A stretch of 64,000 bases of DNA. It comes from Myxococcota bacterium. GTDB lineage: Bacteria > Myxococcota_A > Polyangia > Nannocystales > Nannocystaceae. Below are positions 39,324 through 48,287 of this stretch, piece after piece (the first letter of the stretch is position 1; every line of letters begins with the position of its first letter). The notes beneath the pieces were generated by a model. That model was not told the origin of the DNA. It ran no database searches and saw nothing but the letters and a program-made list of their open reading frames with translations. The translations under genes were made by a program, and so were the position numbers. The stretch spans positions 32,001 through 96,000 of the forward strand of contig JBCCHT010000006.1 of the NCBI GenBank assembly GCA_039028615.1, given 5' to 3'.

Positions 39324-39848
39324 TCAGCCACCCGCGCCGGGTTTGGGCTTCGGCTCGGGTTTGGGCTTCGGCCGCGGCGCACCGCCGTACTTGGGCGCGG
39401 GGCGAGGCCGCTCTTCTTTGCCGGGCACGTCGACCTTTCGGGGCGGACCACCGTACTTGGTGGCGATGGGCCGCTCTTCGACCTCGGCGGGCGGCTTGTC
39501 GGCGACCTCTCCTCCATCGGCAGGCTCGCTCGGCTGCTTGGGTTGCTCGGGCGCCACCGCGTCGGGCGTGGCCGGCTCCTCGGGCTTGTCGGGCTCGGGC
39601 TTCGCCTCGGGCTTGGCTCCGCCATCGGCCTTGGCCGGCGTCTCGACCTTGGCCTTGTCGTCGGCCTTGCCGTCTGCTTTGGCCTTGCCGTCGTCACAGG
39701 CCGACAGCAGCATCAGCGGCAGGGCCAGCACCAGCGCTCGCGCCAGCACGGGGGCCGACGTGGTCGAGGACCGCCCACAAAACGGGCAGTGCTCGTCTTC
39801 GATTCGCACGTGACGCGTGCACCCCGGGCACTCGACCAGCTGGCTCAT
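39324..39848 (-). CDS. Putative radical SAM substrate: Zn-ribbon + lipobox + two KYGG motifs
   Basis: CPGCTRHV...CPFCG; hydrophobic LALPLMLLSAC; EERPIATKYGGPPR and EERPRPAPKYGGAPR; stop is 3 nt before the rSAM start. Confidence 0.8.
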   Translation of the reverse strand: MSQLVECPGCTRHVRIEDEHCPFCGRSSTTSAPVLARALVLALPLMLLSACDDGKAKADGKADDKAKVETPAKADGGAKPEAKPEPDKPEEPATPDAVAPEQPKQPSEPADGGEVADKPPAEVEERPIATKYGGPPRKVDVPGKEERPRPAPKYGGAPRPKPKPEPKPKPGAGG

Positions 39849-39905
39849 GACCGGAATGCTACCGCGATTTTCGGCCGGATGCGGGAAAATCCCGCCGTCC
39901 TCGGC

Positions 39906-41375
39906 TCACTCCTCGGACGGCTTCTTGAAGATCATGCGCCGACCGGGCTTCTTGGTCGTGGGTTCGTCGTCCTTGTAGACGACCGTCTCGCGCTTGCCGT
40001 TCTCGTCGACTTCGACCCAGCGGCCCTGCTTCTTGCCCTCTTCGTACTTGCCCGAGGCCTTGAGGCTGCCGTCGTCGTACCAGTACTCGCCCTTGCCGTG
40101 GCGCTCGTCGTCCTTGTAATGCTCCCGGTACTCGCGCTCGCCGTTTTTGTAGAAGCCTTCCCACTCGCCCTGCTTGTCGCCGGTCTTGTACTCGCCCTCG
40201 GTCTTCTTCTGACCGTCGCGGAACCACCACATCCAGATGCCCTGGCGGCGGTTCTTCCAGTACTCGCCCTCGACCCGCTTCTGGCCGTTGTTCCAGTAGG
40301 CGAGGAACTCCCCTTCCCGCTTGCCGTCGAGGTAGTCGATCTCCTCCTTGACCCGCGAGTTGTTGTGGAACTCGGTCCAGCGGCCTTCCTTCTTGCCCTC
40401 GAGGAACTCGCCCTCGAGCTTGACCCCCGCGTCGGCGTCAGCGCTCTGCCACTGGGTCCAGGTGCCGTGCTTGATGCCGCCCTCTTTTTCGCACCACTGC
40501 TCTTTGCCATCGGGGGGCGCGGCGCCCTTGCTCACCAGGTCATCGCCGCAGTGGCCAGCCTCGACCTTGGCGCCGTCCTTCCACTCGTCCTCGGCGACCT
40601 TCTTGCCGTCTCGGTCGAACTCGACCCACTTGCCGTTCTTGCGACCATCGACGTAGGCGCCCTCGGCCGCGAGCTGGCCGTTGTCATGCCACGCGCGATG
40701 GGTGCCCTCTTCGGTGTCGTCCTTGTAGTTGCTCTCGTCGCGCTTTTGGCCGTTGTCGAAGAAGTGCACCCACTGCCCGTTGCGCTTGCCCTTGCGGTAC
40801 TCGCCGTCGCTGCGCTTTTGGCCATCCTCGGAGAAGGTCACCCAGCGCCCGTGCTTGACGTCGTCCTGGTACTCGCCTTCTTCCTGCTTTTGACCGTTTT
40901 CGTACCAACTGGTCGATTTGCCGTGCTTGTGGCCGTCCCGGTACTCGGTCTCGTGCCAGCGCTCGGAGGTGCCGTCGTGCCAGCGTGACCAGCGACCGTG
41001 CCGCACGGTGCGACCGTCCTTTTCGCGCTCGCACCATGCCTCGTGCCCGGCCGGGGGCGTTGCCCCCTTGGCCACCCCACCGTCGGGGCAGTCGATGGCG
41101 GGCGCAGCTGCGGCGGCTTCGGCTTCGGCGGCCGCCTCGTCTCCTGCCGCTTTGGCCTCCGCCCCGTCTTTGGCGTCTTCGGCCTTGCCCTCGTCCGCCT
41201 TGGCGTCGGCCTTGCTCTCGTCGGCCTTCGCTTCGTCCTTGGACTCGTCGGCTTTGGCCTCGTCCTTGGCTTCGTCGCCGCCACCGGTCAGCCGATCACA
41301 GGCGGGAGCGAACAACGTGAGGCTCGCGAGGCTCGCGAGCACGACGACACGATGACGGCGGACAGACATCGCCAT
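39906..41375 (-). CDS. MORN-variant repeat (YwqK-like) lipoprotein
   Basis: Many repeats of the form HGxWxxWYENGQKxxEGEYxxG; FAPAC lipobox-like; KADE-rich linker. Confidence 0.88.
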   Translation of the reverse strand: MAMSVRRHRVVVLASLASLTLFAPACDRLTGGGDEAKDEAKADESKDEAKADESKADAKADEGKAEDAKDGAEAKAAGDEAAAEAEAAAAAPAIDCPDGGVAKGATPPAGHEAWCEREKDGRTVRHGRWSRWHDGTSERWHETEYRDGHKHGKSTSWYENGQKQEEGEYQDDVKHGRWVTFSEDGQKRSDGEYRKGKRNGQWVHFFDNGQKRDESNYKDDTEEGTHRAWHDNGQLAAEGAYVDGRKNGKWVEFDRDGKKVAEDEWKDGAKVEAGHCGDDLVSKGAAPPDGKEQWCEKEGGIKHGTWTQWQSADADAGVKLEGEFLEGKKEGRWTEFHNNSRVKEEIDYLDGKREGEFLAYWNNGQKRVEGEYWKNRRQGIWMWWFRDGQKKTEGEYKTGDKQGEWEGFYKNGEREYREHYKDDERHGKGEYWYDDGSLKASGKYEEGKKQGRWVEVDENGKRETVVYKDDEPTTKKPGRRMIFKKPSEE

Positions 41376-41543
41376 GGACGGTGGCACACCCCACGGGGGC
41401 AGGGCAAAGTCTCCCCCGCGCCCCACCCCCGCGGGTGGCCCCCGCAGCGCCCGCGACGACGCGAAACGCCGTCGTCGGGCTCTCATGCTCGATGCGTCCC
41501 ACAAAGGCCCACTGGCCCAACCGCGGCCCGGGCCAAGCAGGCT

Positions 41544-42899
41544 CTAGTCATTCCAGCTGATGATCGTTGCGGCCACGGCTCCCAAGCTCGGACCGTAGTC
41601 ACCATTGCAAACGGAGTAGAGCCCGTCGTCGGGCGCGGAGGCGAACGCGTTGGCGACCGCTCGCATGCGGACCGGGGGCACCGCCCGCTGGTCGTCGAAG
41701 TCACAGCCCGGACCCACGCCGAAGTCGTGGTGGAACTCGGGGGTCCCCGTGTTGCCATACTCGAAGCCGCCATCGATCGCGCGACCGACCAGCCCCATCA
41801 CCGCGACGCGCCCGGCGATCTTGGCGTCTTGGATCGCCTGCAGCTGATCGATGTACCGCGACACGGGCAGCATTGCTGCTGCGTCTGGCGTGGTCGGTGA
41901 TCCGTCGGCCGCGAGGTCGACGGGGTTGCACTCGAGATCCGCCCCCGCCCCGGTGCACTCGACCCCCGCGTTCCAGCACACGGCCGAGGTCGGCGCAGGC
42001 GCGTCCTGGTCGGACCAGAACACACGATCGCCATCGGGCAGGAAGATGGTCTCCTGCTCGGGGTTGTAGGAGCAGTCCGCCTCGTCGGTCACGAAGATGA
42101 CCAGCAGGTTCGCGTCATCGCGAATGAAGCCGTTTTGCTCCTCGCCCACCGTCGACGACCGCTGAATCGCGCGGTGCATCGCCTCGAGCGGCTGCTCGAA
42201 GCCGCAGCCGGCAATCCCCATCGGCAACGCGCACGACAGCAGCGCGGACGGAGCCTGGCCCGGGGTGTTGTTGTCGGCGGCCGAGGTCCACTCGAGCCAC
42301 GGGCGCACGGCGGGGGCCGGCTGTCCGTCGACCGTCGATGGGTCGATATCGAAGGAATCCAGCGCACAGACGTCGAGGCACGCCTCCTGGGTGGCGTCGA
42401 TCTGCATCGCCCCGTCAAAGACGAAGTCCGATTGGCGCTCCCGACAGCTCGAGAGCACGAAATTGCCCGCCTCGGGCGTGCTGCCCTGACACCAGGGGTT
42501 GCCGACGTCCGTGGTGGTGATACCCAGCCGGAAACGAATGCCCGCGTTGCGCAGCGGCTCCGTCAGCTCGCCGATGGACTGTGCCAGTTTCGCCTGCTCG
42601 GCTCCCATGAAGCCGGAGTTGTCGACGACAAAGAGGATGTCGACCGCATCCGAGCCCTCGGGAGGCGGAGGCGGATCGGTGGGGTCGTCCGGCGGATTTC
42701 CGTCCGAGCCGTCTTCGCCATCGGTCATGCCATCGTTCATCGAGGTCGCGCCCGGCCCGTCGCCAGAGGCCCCCGCCTCGTCGTTCCCTTCCGTCGCACC
42801 GAGTTCATCGGTATCGACGTTCCCGAGATCGACCTGCACACCGCACCCAGCCGCCGCAGCCAGGGCCGCGACCATACTCCAACCATGCATTGTTCTCAT
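41544..42899 (-). CDS. vWA-domain lipoprotein, myxobacterial type
   Basis: VDILFVVDNSGFM (MIDAS-like), GITTTD, GCGFEQPLEA, LLVIFVTDEADCS; AAGC lipobox. Confidence 0.85.
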   Translation of the reverse strand: MRTMHGWSMVAALAAAAGCGVQVDLGNVDTDELGATEGNDEAGASGDGPGATSMNDGMTDGEDGSDGNPPDDPTDPPPPPEGSDAVDILFVVDNSGFMGAEQAKLAQSIGELTEPLRNAGIRFRLGITTTDVGNPWCQGSTPEAGNFVLSSCRERQSDFVFDGAMQIDATQEACLDVCALDSFDIDPSTVDGQPAPAVRPWLEWTSAADNNTPGQAPSALLSCALPMGIAGCGFEQPLEAMHRAIQRSSTVGEEQNGFIRDDANLLVIFVTDEADCSYNPEQETIFLPDGDRVFWSDQDAPAPTSAVCWNAGVECTGAGADLECNPVDLAADGSPTTPDAAAMLPVSRYIDQLQAIQDAKIAGRVAVMGLVGRAIDGGFEYGNTGTPEFHHDFGVGPGCDFDDQRAVPPVRMRAVANAFASAPDDGLYSVCNGDYGPSLGAVAATIISWND

Positions 42900-42909
42900 T
42901 GCTTTGCTT

Positions 42910-43722
42910 TCACTCTATCGAACAGGCTTCTGCCACTCGTTGTTCATGGACCGAACGGGGGAATCGAGAAGAAAAGGACGCCGCGGTCCGAGCCCCGGAT
43001 TTCACATCGAGGCCACACTTCGCGATGGCATGTAGAGCCTCGCGATCTTCGGTGAGCGCCCCACGGGGAAACTCGCGGCGATGGGTCGCGACGATGGACA
43101 ACGCGTTGCGATGTTCACCGCGATTGACCGCCTGCCCCGCCCACTTGATGAGCTCGATCTCGCGAGCGATGCCGGTCGGGCGCTTGCCCTCGCTCGCAGA
43201 GGCCTCCGGGCGTCGTTCCTTGCGAGCGCGACCGGGCGCACGCGGCTCGGGCACGGCGGCGGTCCCGGCTTCGGCCTCGGCCTCGGGGGCGTCGTCCATG
43301 GGCGCCGGCTCGGGCGTCACCGCGTCCGTGTTCGCGGGGGCCACCGCGGGCGCGGGAACCTCGTCGACGTCGCTCGAGGGTGATGCCGAGGCGCGAGCCT
43401 CGGGGCGAGCGGTCTCGCCCTGTTCTGCATCGGATGCGACCGCACCAGACCCGGCTTGGTCGTCCGCCGGATCGAGCACCAGCACCAGCGCGATTGCAGC
43501 CCCGGCAAAGGTCGCCCCCATCAGCGCCTTGCTGACGACGGTCTTCAGCAGCGCGGCTCCGCCCGAGGGCGTGGGAGGCGGCGGCACGTCGAAGGGCGCC
43601 ACCGCACCCGCGGCCATGCTCCGCTTCAGTCGCTGCCAGTTCTGCTTGGCAACACCAGGCGCGGGCGCGGGCGGCTCTTCGCGCTCTGCCGCGATCAAGG
43701 AATCGAGCGCCGAGCGTTTCAT
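42910..43722 (-). CDS. Putative anti-sigma factor (one TM, Pro/Ala linker, C-terminal helical domain)
   Basis: ATGA overlap with the ECF stop; HRREFPRGALTEDREAL...FPRSVH C-terminal pattern. Confidence 0.7.
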   Translation of the reverse strand: MKRSALDSLIAAEREEPPAPAPGVAKQNWQRLKRSMAAGAVAPFDVPPPPTPSGGAALLKTVVSKALMGATFAGAAIALVLVLDPADDQAGSGAVASDAEQGETARPEARASASPSSDVDEVPAPAVAPANTDAVTPEPAPMDDAPEAEAEAGTAAVPEPRAPGRARKERRPEASASEGKRPTGIAREIELIKWAGQAVNRGEHRNALSIVATHRREFPRGALTEDREALHAIAKCGLDVKSGARTAASFSSRFPRSVHEQRVAEACSIE

Positions 43723-44228
43723 CGTGCGTTCCTCCGACTACGAGCTTCGCTCCGGGCCAGCACCCGCGAGAGTTTTTCGCGGGCGAGGCGAAGGCGGGAG
43801 TACACGGTGGCGACCTTGACCCCCACCACCGCCGCGATCTCGGGCGCGGTCATGCCTTCGAGCTCCGCCATGATGAACACCGCCCGCTGGTCGTCGTCGA
43901 GTACGGAGAGGATCTCTCTGAGGGTTCGCGCCGCGTCGGCGCGCGCGTGGGGCTCGTGGGCTTCCACTTGTTCGCGGGCCACCCGACTACGCCGCTTTCG
44001 CTCGCGGGCCGCATCGCGCCGGATCCCCTGGGCCACCCGCATCGCGATGGCAAAGAGCCAGGTTCGCAGGTTCGCTCGCCCCTCGAACTCTTCGAGCCGA
44101 CGCGCCACCACCAAGAAGGTGTCGTGCATCGCATCGTCGACGCGGTGATCGGGCACGCCCAGCCGCACCAAGGAACGCCACACGAAGCGGTGGTGTTCGC
44201 GGTAGACCTTCTCGAGCTGTCGCGTCAT
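43719..44228 (-). CDS. ECF-type RNA polymerase sigma factor
   Basis: DDAMHDTFLV, LRTWLFAIA (region 2); QRAVFIMAELEGMTAPEIA...TVYSRLRLAR (region 4); start may lie further upstream. Confidence 0.93.
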   Translation of the reverse strand: MTRQLEKVYREHHRFVWRSLVRLGVPDHRVDDAMHDTFLVVARRLEEFEGRANLRTWLFAIAMRVAQGIRRDAARERKRRSRVAREQVEAHEPHARADAARTLREILSVLDDDQRAVFIMAELEGMTAPEIAAVVGVKVATVYSRLRLAREKLSRVLARSEARSRRNAR

Positions 44229-44406
44229 GGCCGGCGCGCGTCGTCGTGAGCCCGGGCCCGAGCCCACGCGGGAGCTCAGCTTCGTCGGGAGGTTGCCCTC
44301 GACGAACGATACCGCGGCAGAGAAGCTCACATCCGTCCGTGCCGCGGGCCCCACGAATCCATCACGATTTTTCAGACAAACTCTAAACCTTCGTCATTTT
44401 AGGTAC

Positions 44407-45474
44407 TTAGGGAAACCGAACCTCGATCGCGAACACTGCGCGGACCCCCACCGGGCTCGGGGCAAACACTTCACCCGCGGGCGCCAGCCGGTAACTCGCG
44501 AGAATGAAGGGGCCATAAAGCTCGGTCGACGCCCGCAGCCCCAGCCATGGCACGGGCAACAGCACGACGCCGGGTTGAACGAGCCACGCGATCCACGGCT
44601 GGTTGGGCGGCGCCGCCTGGTCCGTGCCCTCGGCCCGCACCACCGTCTGACCCGCCTCCACCCCGGCACACGCGAGCAGCTCGAAGCGAGCCGCCACCGG
44701 GAACACGGGACACGCCCGCAGCGCGACCGACCACTGGCGGAAGTCGACCGTCGCCCCGGGGACGATGGCGGCGCTGCGAAACCAGTACTGACCCGCGGCC
44801 GTCACCCGTACCCGCGGCAGAGCCAGGCCCGCCTCGAGACCCGAGGTCCCGGCCACCGTCGGCAGGTTGCCGAAGCCGAAGCCACCGAAGACCCCCACCA
44901 ACCCACGAAGGGGCGGACCCGGCGGATCGCGTCGCGCCGCGTCGGCGGAGCCCGACAATCCCCCGGAGTCGCTGCCCCCGGGGTCCGCCTCCGGCAGCTC
45001 CGACGGCACGAGGCTCGGAGCGGGCTCGGGCTCGGTTTGTGCGGCGGCCGGCTCGGGTTCGGGTTCCGGCTCGGCCTCGGGGGGTGGCGCAGGCACGGCT
45101 TGGCTCGGTGGCGGCGGAATCCGGCCCGCCCCCGCCTGCGGATCGATGGAGATCGCGATCACCACCGCCGCCGCTTCGGCAGCCTCGGTGCAATCGAGAC
45201 CACCGGGAATCGTGCGACGCCGCTGGCCGTCTTCGCCCGAGATCTCGACCTCGACGGTCCAGGTCTGATCCTCGAGCCGATGGGCGCGCGCCTGGACCTC
45301 GAGCCCGGCTCCGGCATCCGAACCGGCGAGCAAGGCATCGATCCGCCCGCGGACTACCGAGGCCGAAGGACACGAGGACGGCGCATCCCAGGCGACTCGG
45401 AGCGGAGCGGCCGAAGAGGGCGCGGGAGCGGTAGCGAGGCTCGTTCCCACGGCCACGATGGCGGCGGCCAGCAT
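44407..45474 (-). CDS. Putative outer-membrane beta-barrel protein linked to the ECF cassette
   Basis: Signal peptide; WDAPSSCPS...DCTEAAEAAAVVIAISIDP domain; Pro-rich linker; amphipathic strands ending IEVRFP. Confidence 0.7.
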   Translation of the reverse strand: MLAAAIVAVGTSLATAPAPSSAAPLRVAWDAPSSCPSASVVRGRIDALLAGSDAGAGLEVQARAHRLEDQTWTVEVEISGEDGQRRRTIPGGLDCTEAAEAAAVVIAISIDPQAGAGRIPPPPSQAVPAPPPEAEPEPEPEPAAAQTEPEPAPSLVPSELPEADPGGSDSGGLSGSADAARRDPPGPPLRGLVGVFGGFGFGNLPTVAGTSGLEAGLALPRVRVTAAGQYWFRSAAIVPGATVDFRQWSVALRACPVFPVAARFELLACAGVEAGQTVVRAEGTDQAAPPNQPWIAWLVQPGVVLLPVPWLGLRASTELYGPFILASYRLAPAGEVFAPSPVGVRAVFAIEVRFP

Positions 45475-45585
45475 CGTCGCGGGCAAAGGTACCGTATCGG
45501 GCGGAGTCCGTGAAAACGCCCGATCCCGGCCCCGAAGAGGGGTACACGGGCTCGGGCGTCGTCGAGCGTCGCACAGGACGGGCGA

Positions 45586-46572
45586 CTAGCCGCAGCTGTT
45601 CGGCACCTCGGTGAGCAGCTGCGTGGTGAAGCCTGCCGTGAAGTCGAAGGCGGTCTCCCCCATGCGCTCGGTGCAGTCGTCGGTGGGGCCGACGCTGCCG
45701 AGCAGCTCGGCCAGGGGCACGCCGCCGTCGGGGCAGCCACCGCAGTCGGGATGCGCCGCGCCACCGCACGCACCCAGGCACGAGCACAGGTTCCGCGCCT
45801 CGGACTCGACGAGGCAGCCCGTCATCTCGCCACCCGCGATCTGGCCCGCCTCGTCGACGGTGACGGTGGCCCGGATGGCGTGCAGCGGCACCGCGCTGGG
45901 AGCCGCCCCGCCCGGCACGCAGTTGAACGCAGTGCCGTCGTCGTCCTCGGCGTAGATGTAGACCACGTCGTCGGGCCCCAGCTCGAGGCCGTAGGTTCCG
46001 CCCGACGTGCCGCTGCCCGCCTCGACGCACTGGTCGGAGGCGCCGCTGGGCTGCCACATCGTGGCATCGGGATCGAAGGTCGCCGCGTAGTCCGGCGAGG
46101 CGGTCGTGCCCTCGACGCATTGGTCGTTGGGCATGGTGCCGACACCCGAGCCGATGGCGATGGTCGCCGTGCCGGCCTCGTCATCGCGCTCGCGCACGGT
46201 GAGCAAGACGTTGAGCTTGAAGTTGGTGATGTCGCTGCCCCAGGTGTTCTCGAGCAGCGTCGCCTGAATGGCTTCGGCATCGGGGAGCCCGTCGCCGTTG
46301 CTGTCGCCCATGGCCAGGATGTCCATGCAGTCGAAGCGGTAGGTCGCGGGGAACATCAACTCCCCCGTTCCGGCCGTCTCATCGGCGCTGGACGCCGTGG
46401 TGGCCTGTTCGGTGGTCGCAGCCGAGGTCGCGCTCTCGTCCGTTCCAGTGCTGCTGTCGCCGAGGTTGTTCACGCCTCCGGTACCACCGCCGTCGTCGCC
46501 ACATCCGACCGCCAGGGGCACAGAGAACAACAAACCCCCACAGACCTTCCGCATGGTCGTCATCGAAGCCAT
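45586..46572 (-). CDS. Cys-rich lipoprotein, hypothetical
   Basis: LAVGC lipobox, S/T linker, LCSCLGAC...CGGC; start uncertain. Confidence 0.75.
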   Translation of the reverse strand: MASMTTMRKVCGGLLFSVPLAVGCGDDGGGTGGVNNLGDSSTGTDESATSAATTEQATTASSADETAGTGELMFPATYRFDCMDILAMGDSNGDGLPDAEAIQATLLENTWGSDITNFKLNVLLTVRERDDEAGTATIAIGSGVGTMPNDQCVEGTTASPDYAATFDPDATMWQPSGASDQCVEAGSGTSGGTYGLELGPDDVVYIYAEDDDGTAFNCVPGGAAPSAVPLHAIRATVTVDEAGQIAGGEMTGCLVESEARNLCSCLGACGGAAHPDCGGCPDGGVPLAELLGSVGPTDDCTERMGETAFDFTAGFTTQLLTEVPNSCG

Positions 46573-46700
46573 GGCGCGGAGGGTAACACGCGAACTCATG
46601 GTCGAAACCCTTGCCCCAGCGGGGGTCGCCGTGTCTCAATGCCCGAGTGTCGATGCTCCGTGGTCCATCACCGACTCGTGGTCGTTCCACTTCGCGAAGC

Positions 46701-48260
46701 ATGCGAGGTGCGATAACTGCCGCGTTTTCCTTGGGTGTCGCTCTGCTCGCTCCCACCGCGGCGTCGGCGGGTGGCTTCGACATCCCCGGGGTCGGCGCAC
46801 GTGGACTCGGTCGCGGCGGTGCAAACGTCGTCGGTGCCGTGGATGGCACGGCGTTGCACTACAACCCCGGTTCGCTCGCAAAGCAGCGGGGAACCCGCGT
46901 CACGTACAACCATTCGCTGGTGTTCCACGACACTCGTTTTGCTCGCGCGCCCATCTCCTTCGGTGAGTTCGAGGGCACGAGCTTCGACGAAGCGAGCAAT
47001 AACGAAGGACTCTTTGCGCTCGGCGGGATGCTGGTCGTCAGCTCCGACTTCGGCCTCGACAACTGGACCTTTGCAGCCGGCGTGTACGGACCCAACTCGG
47101 TCGGTAAGCACAGCTACCCCGCCTACGGCTCCCAATCGTTCATGCTCACGGACATGGACGTGCTGCTGGTCTACTACTCGCTGGCCGCAGCGTGGAAGTG
47201 GCGCGACGTCTTCGGCATCGGCGTCACCGCGCAGTACGTCGACCTGATGAAGATGGAGTACTCGCTGGTCACCGACAGCGCGTTCACTCCCGAGCTCAAC
47301 CCCATCCCCGACGCAGACAGCACCCAGCTCGAGGCGACCTTGAACCTCAAGGATCGCACCGCGGGCACGGCCCTGCTCGGCATGTGGTACCGCCCGCACA
47401 AGCGCGTCGAGCTCGGCCTGGCCGGACGCGTGGTGCCGATCTTCCTCAACCCCGAAGGCACCATGAGCACGGACAAGCCGACGCTGGTGACCGACGAGGT
47501 TCAGGTGAGCATGCCGCTCACCCTGCCCGCCATGGTCCGCGGCGGTGTTCGCTACATCCACGACAACGGCGAGCGCGAGTGGTTCGACCTCGAGCTGGCC
47601 GCACAGTGGGAAAACTGGTCGGTCATCGAGTCCTACGACGTGGAGCTCGACGGCATGATCTCCGGGCAGGAGCTCCAGAACCTGAGCCTGACCAAGAACT
47701 GGCAGGACACGGTGTCGGTGCGCCTGGGTGGTGACGTGCACGTCATCCCCAACCACCTCACCTTGCGCGCGGGTGGCTTCTTCGAGACCGCGGCCGTGCC
47801 CGAGCAGTTCGCCCACCTCGACTTCCCCTCGTTCATGCGGGGCGGCTTCGGCGGAGGCATCACCGCGGGCGGGCGCGGCATCTACGGCACCGTCGGCTTC
47901 CAGCACGTGCGCCAAGCCCCGCAGGAAAACGACGAGCTCAACGCCCTGGTGCTTCAGCAGCGGCCCTTGCGGCCCTGCCCGGACAACTGCAACGGCCTCA
48001 GCGGCGTGCCGGCCAACGCGGGCCGCATCACCTCCACCCTCAACCTCCTCAACGTCGGCCTCGAGATCCGGTTCGCGGAGCTGCTGGGCAAGAACCGCAA
48101 GAAGAAGAAGGGCAAGAGCGGAGCGGAGTCGGGCAGCAGCGCCAACGTGCCGCCCACCGCCCCGGACATGACGCAGTTCGACGCCGAAGAGTACGCCGCC
48201 CCGGTCGAGGAAGAACAAGAGTCAGGGGACGAGGGCTTCGGCGGATTCGGCGGGGCCTGA
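46701..48260 (+). CDS. OmpP1/FadL/TodX family outer-membrane transporter
   Basis: ASAGGF..GARGLGRGGA...ALHYNPGSL hatch motif; WENWS; NWQDTVSVRLG; LRAGGFFE. Confidence 0.88.
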   Translation: MRGAITAAFSLGVALLAPTAASAGGFDIPGVGARGLGRGGANVVGAVDGTALHYNPGSLAKQRGTRVTYNHSLVFHDTRFARAPISFGEFEGTSFDEASNNEGLFALGGMLVVSSDFGLDNWTFAAGVYGPNSVGKHSYPAYGSQSFMLTDMDVLLVYYSLAAAWKWRDVFGIGVTAQYVDLMKMEYSLVTDSAFTPELNPIPDADSTQLEATLNLKDRTAGTALLGMWYRPHKRVELGLAGRVVPIFLNPEGTMSTDKPTLVTDEVQVSMPLTLPAMVRGGVRYIHDNGEREWFDLELAAQWENWSVIESYDVELDGMISGQELQNLSLTKNWQDTVSVRLGGDVHVIPNHLTLRAGGFFETAAVPEQFAHLDFPSFMRGGFGGGITAGGRGIYGTVGFQHVRQAPQENDELNALVLQQRPLRPCPDNCNGLSGVPANAGRITSTLNLLNVGLEIRFAELLGKNRKKKKGKSGAESGSSANVPPTAPDMTQFDAEEYAAPVEEEQESGDEGFGGFGGA

Positions 48261-48287
48261 GTCCCCGCACCCGCGGACGGGGCCGCC

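Noticed and set aside
39906..41375. Toxin-antitoxin system implied by YwqK-like repeats
   Set aside because: No adjacent toxin gene is recognisable; MORN-variant repeats alone do not imply a TA pair.
46843..46860. Sigma-54 promoter-like tggcacggcgttgca
   Set aside because: GG-to-GC spacing is 9 rather than 10 nt and it lies inside the FadL-like CDS.
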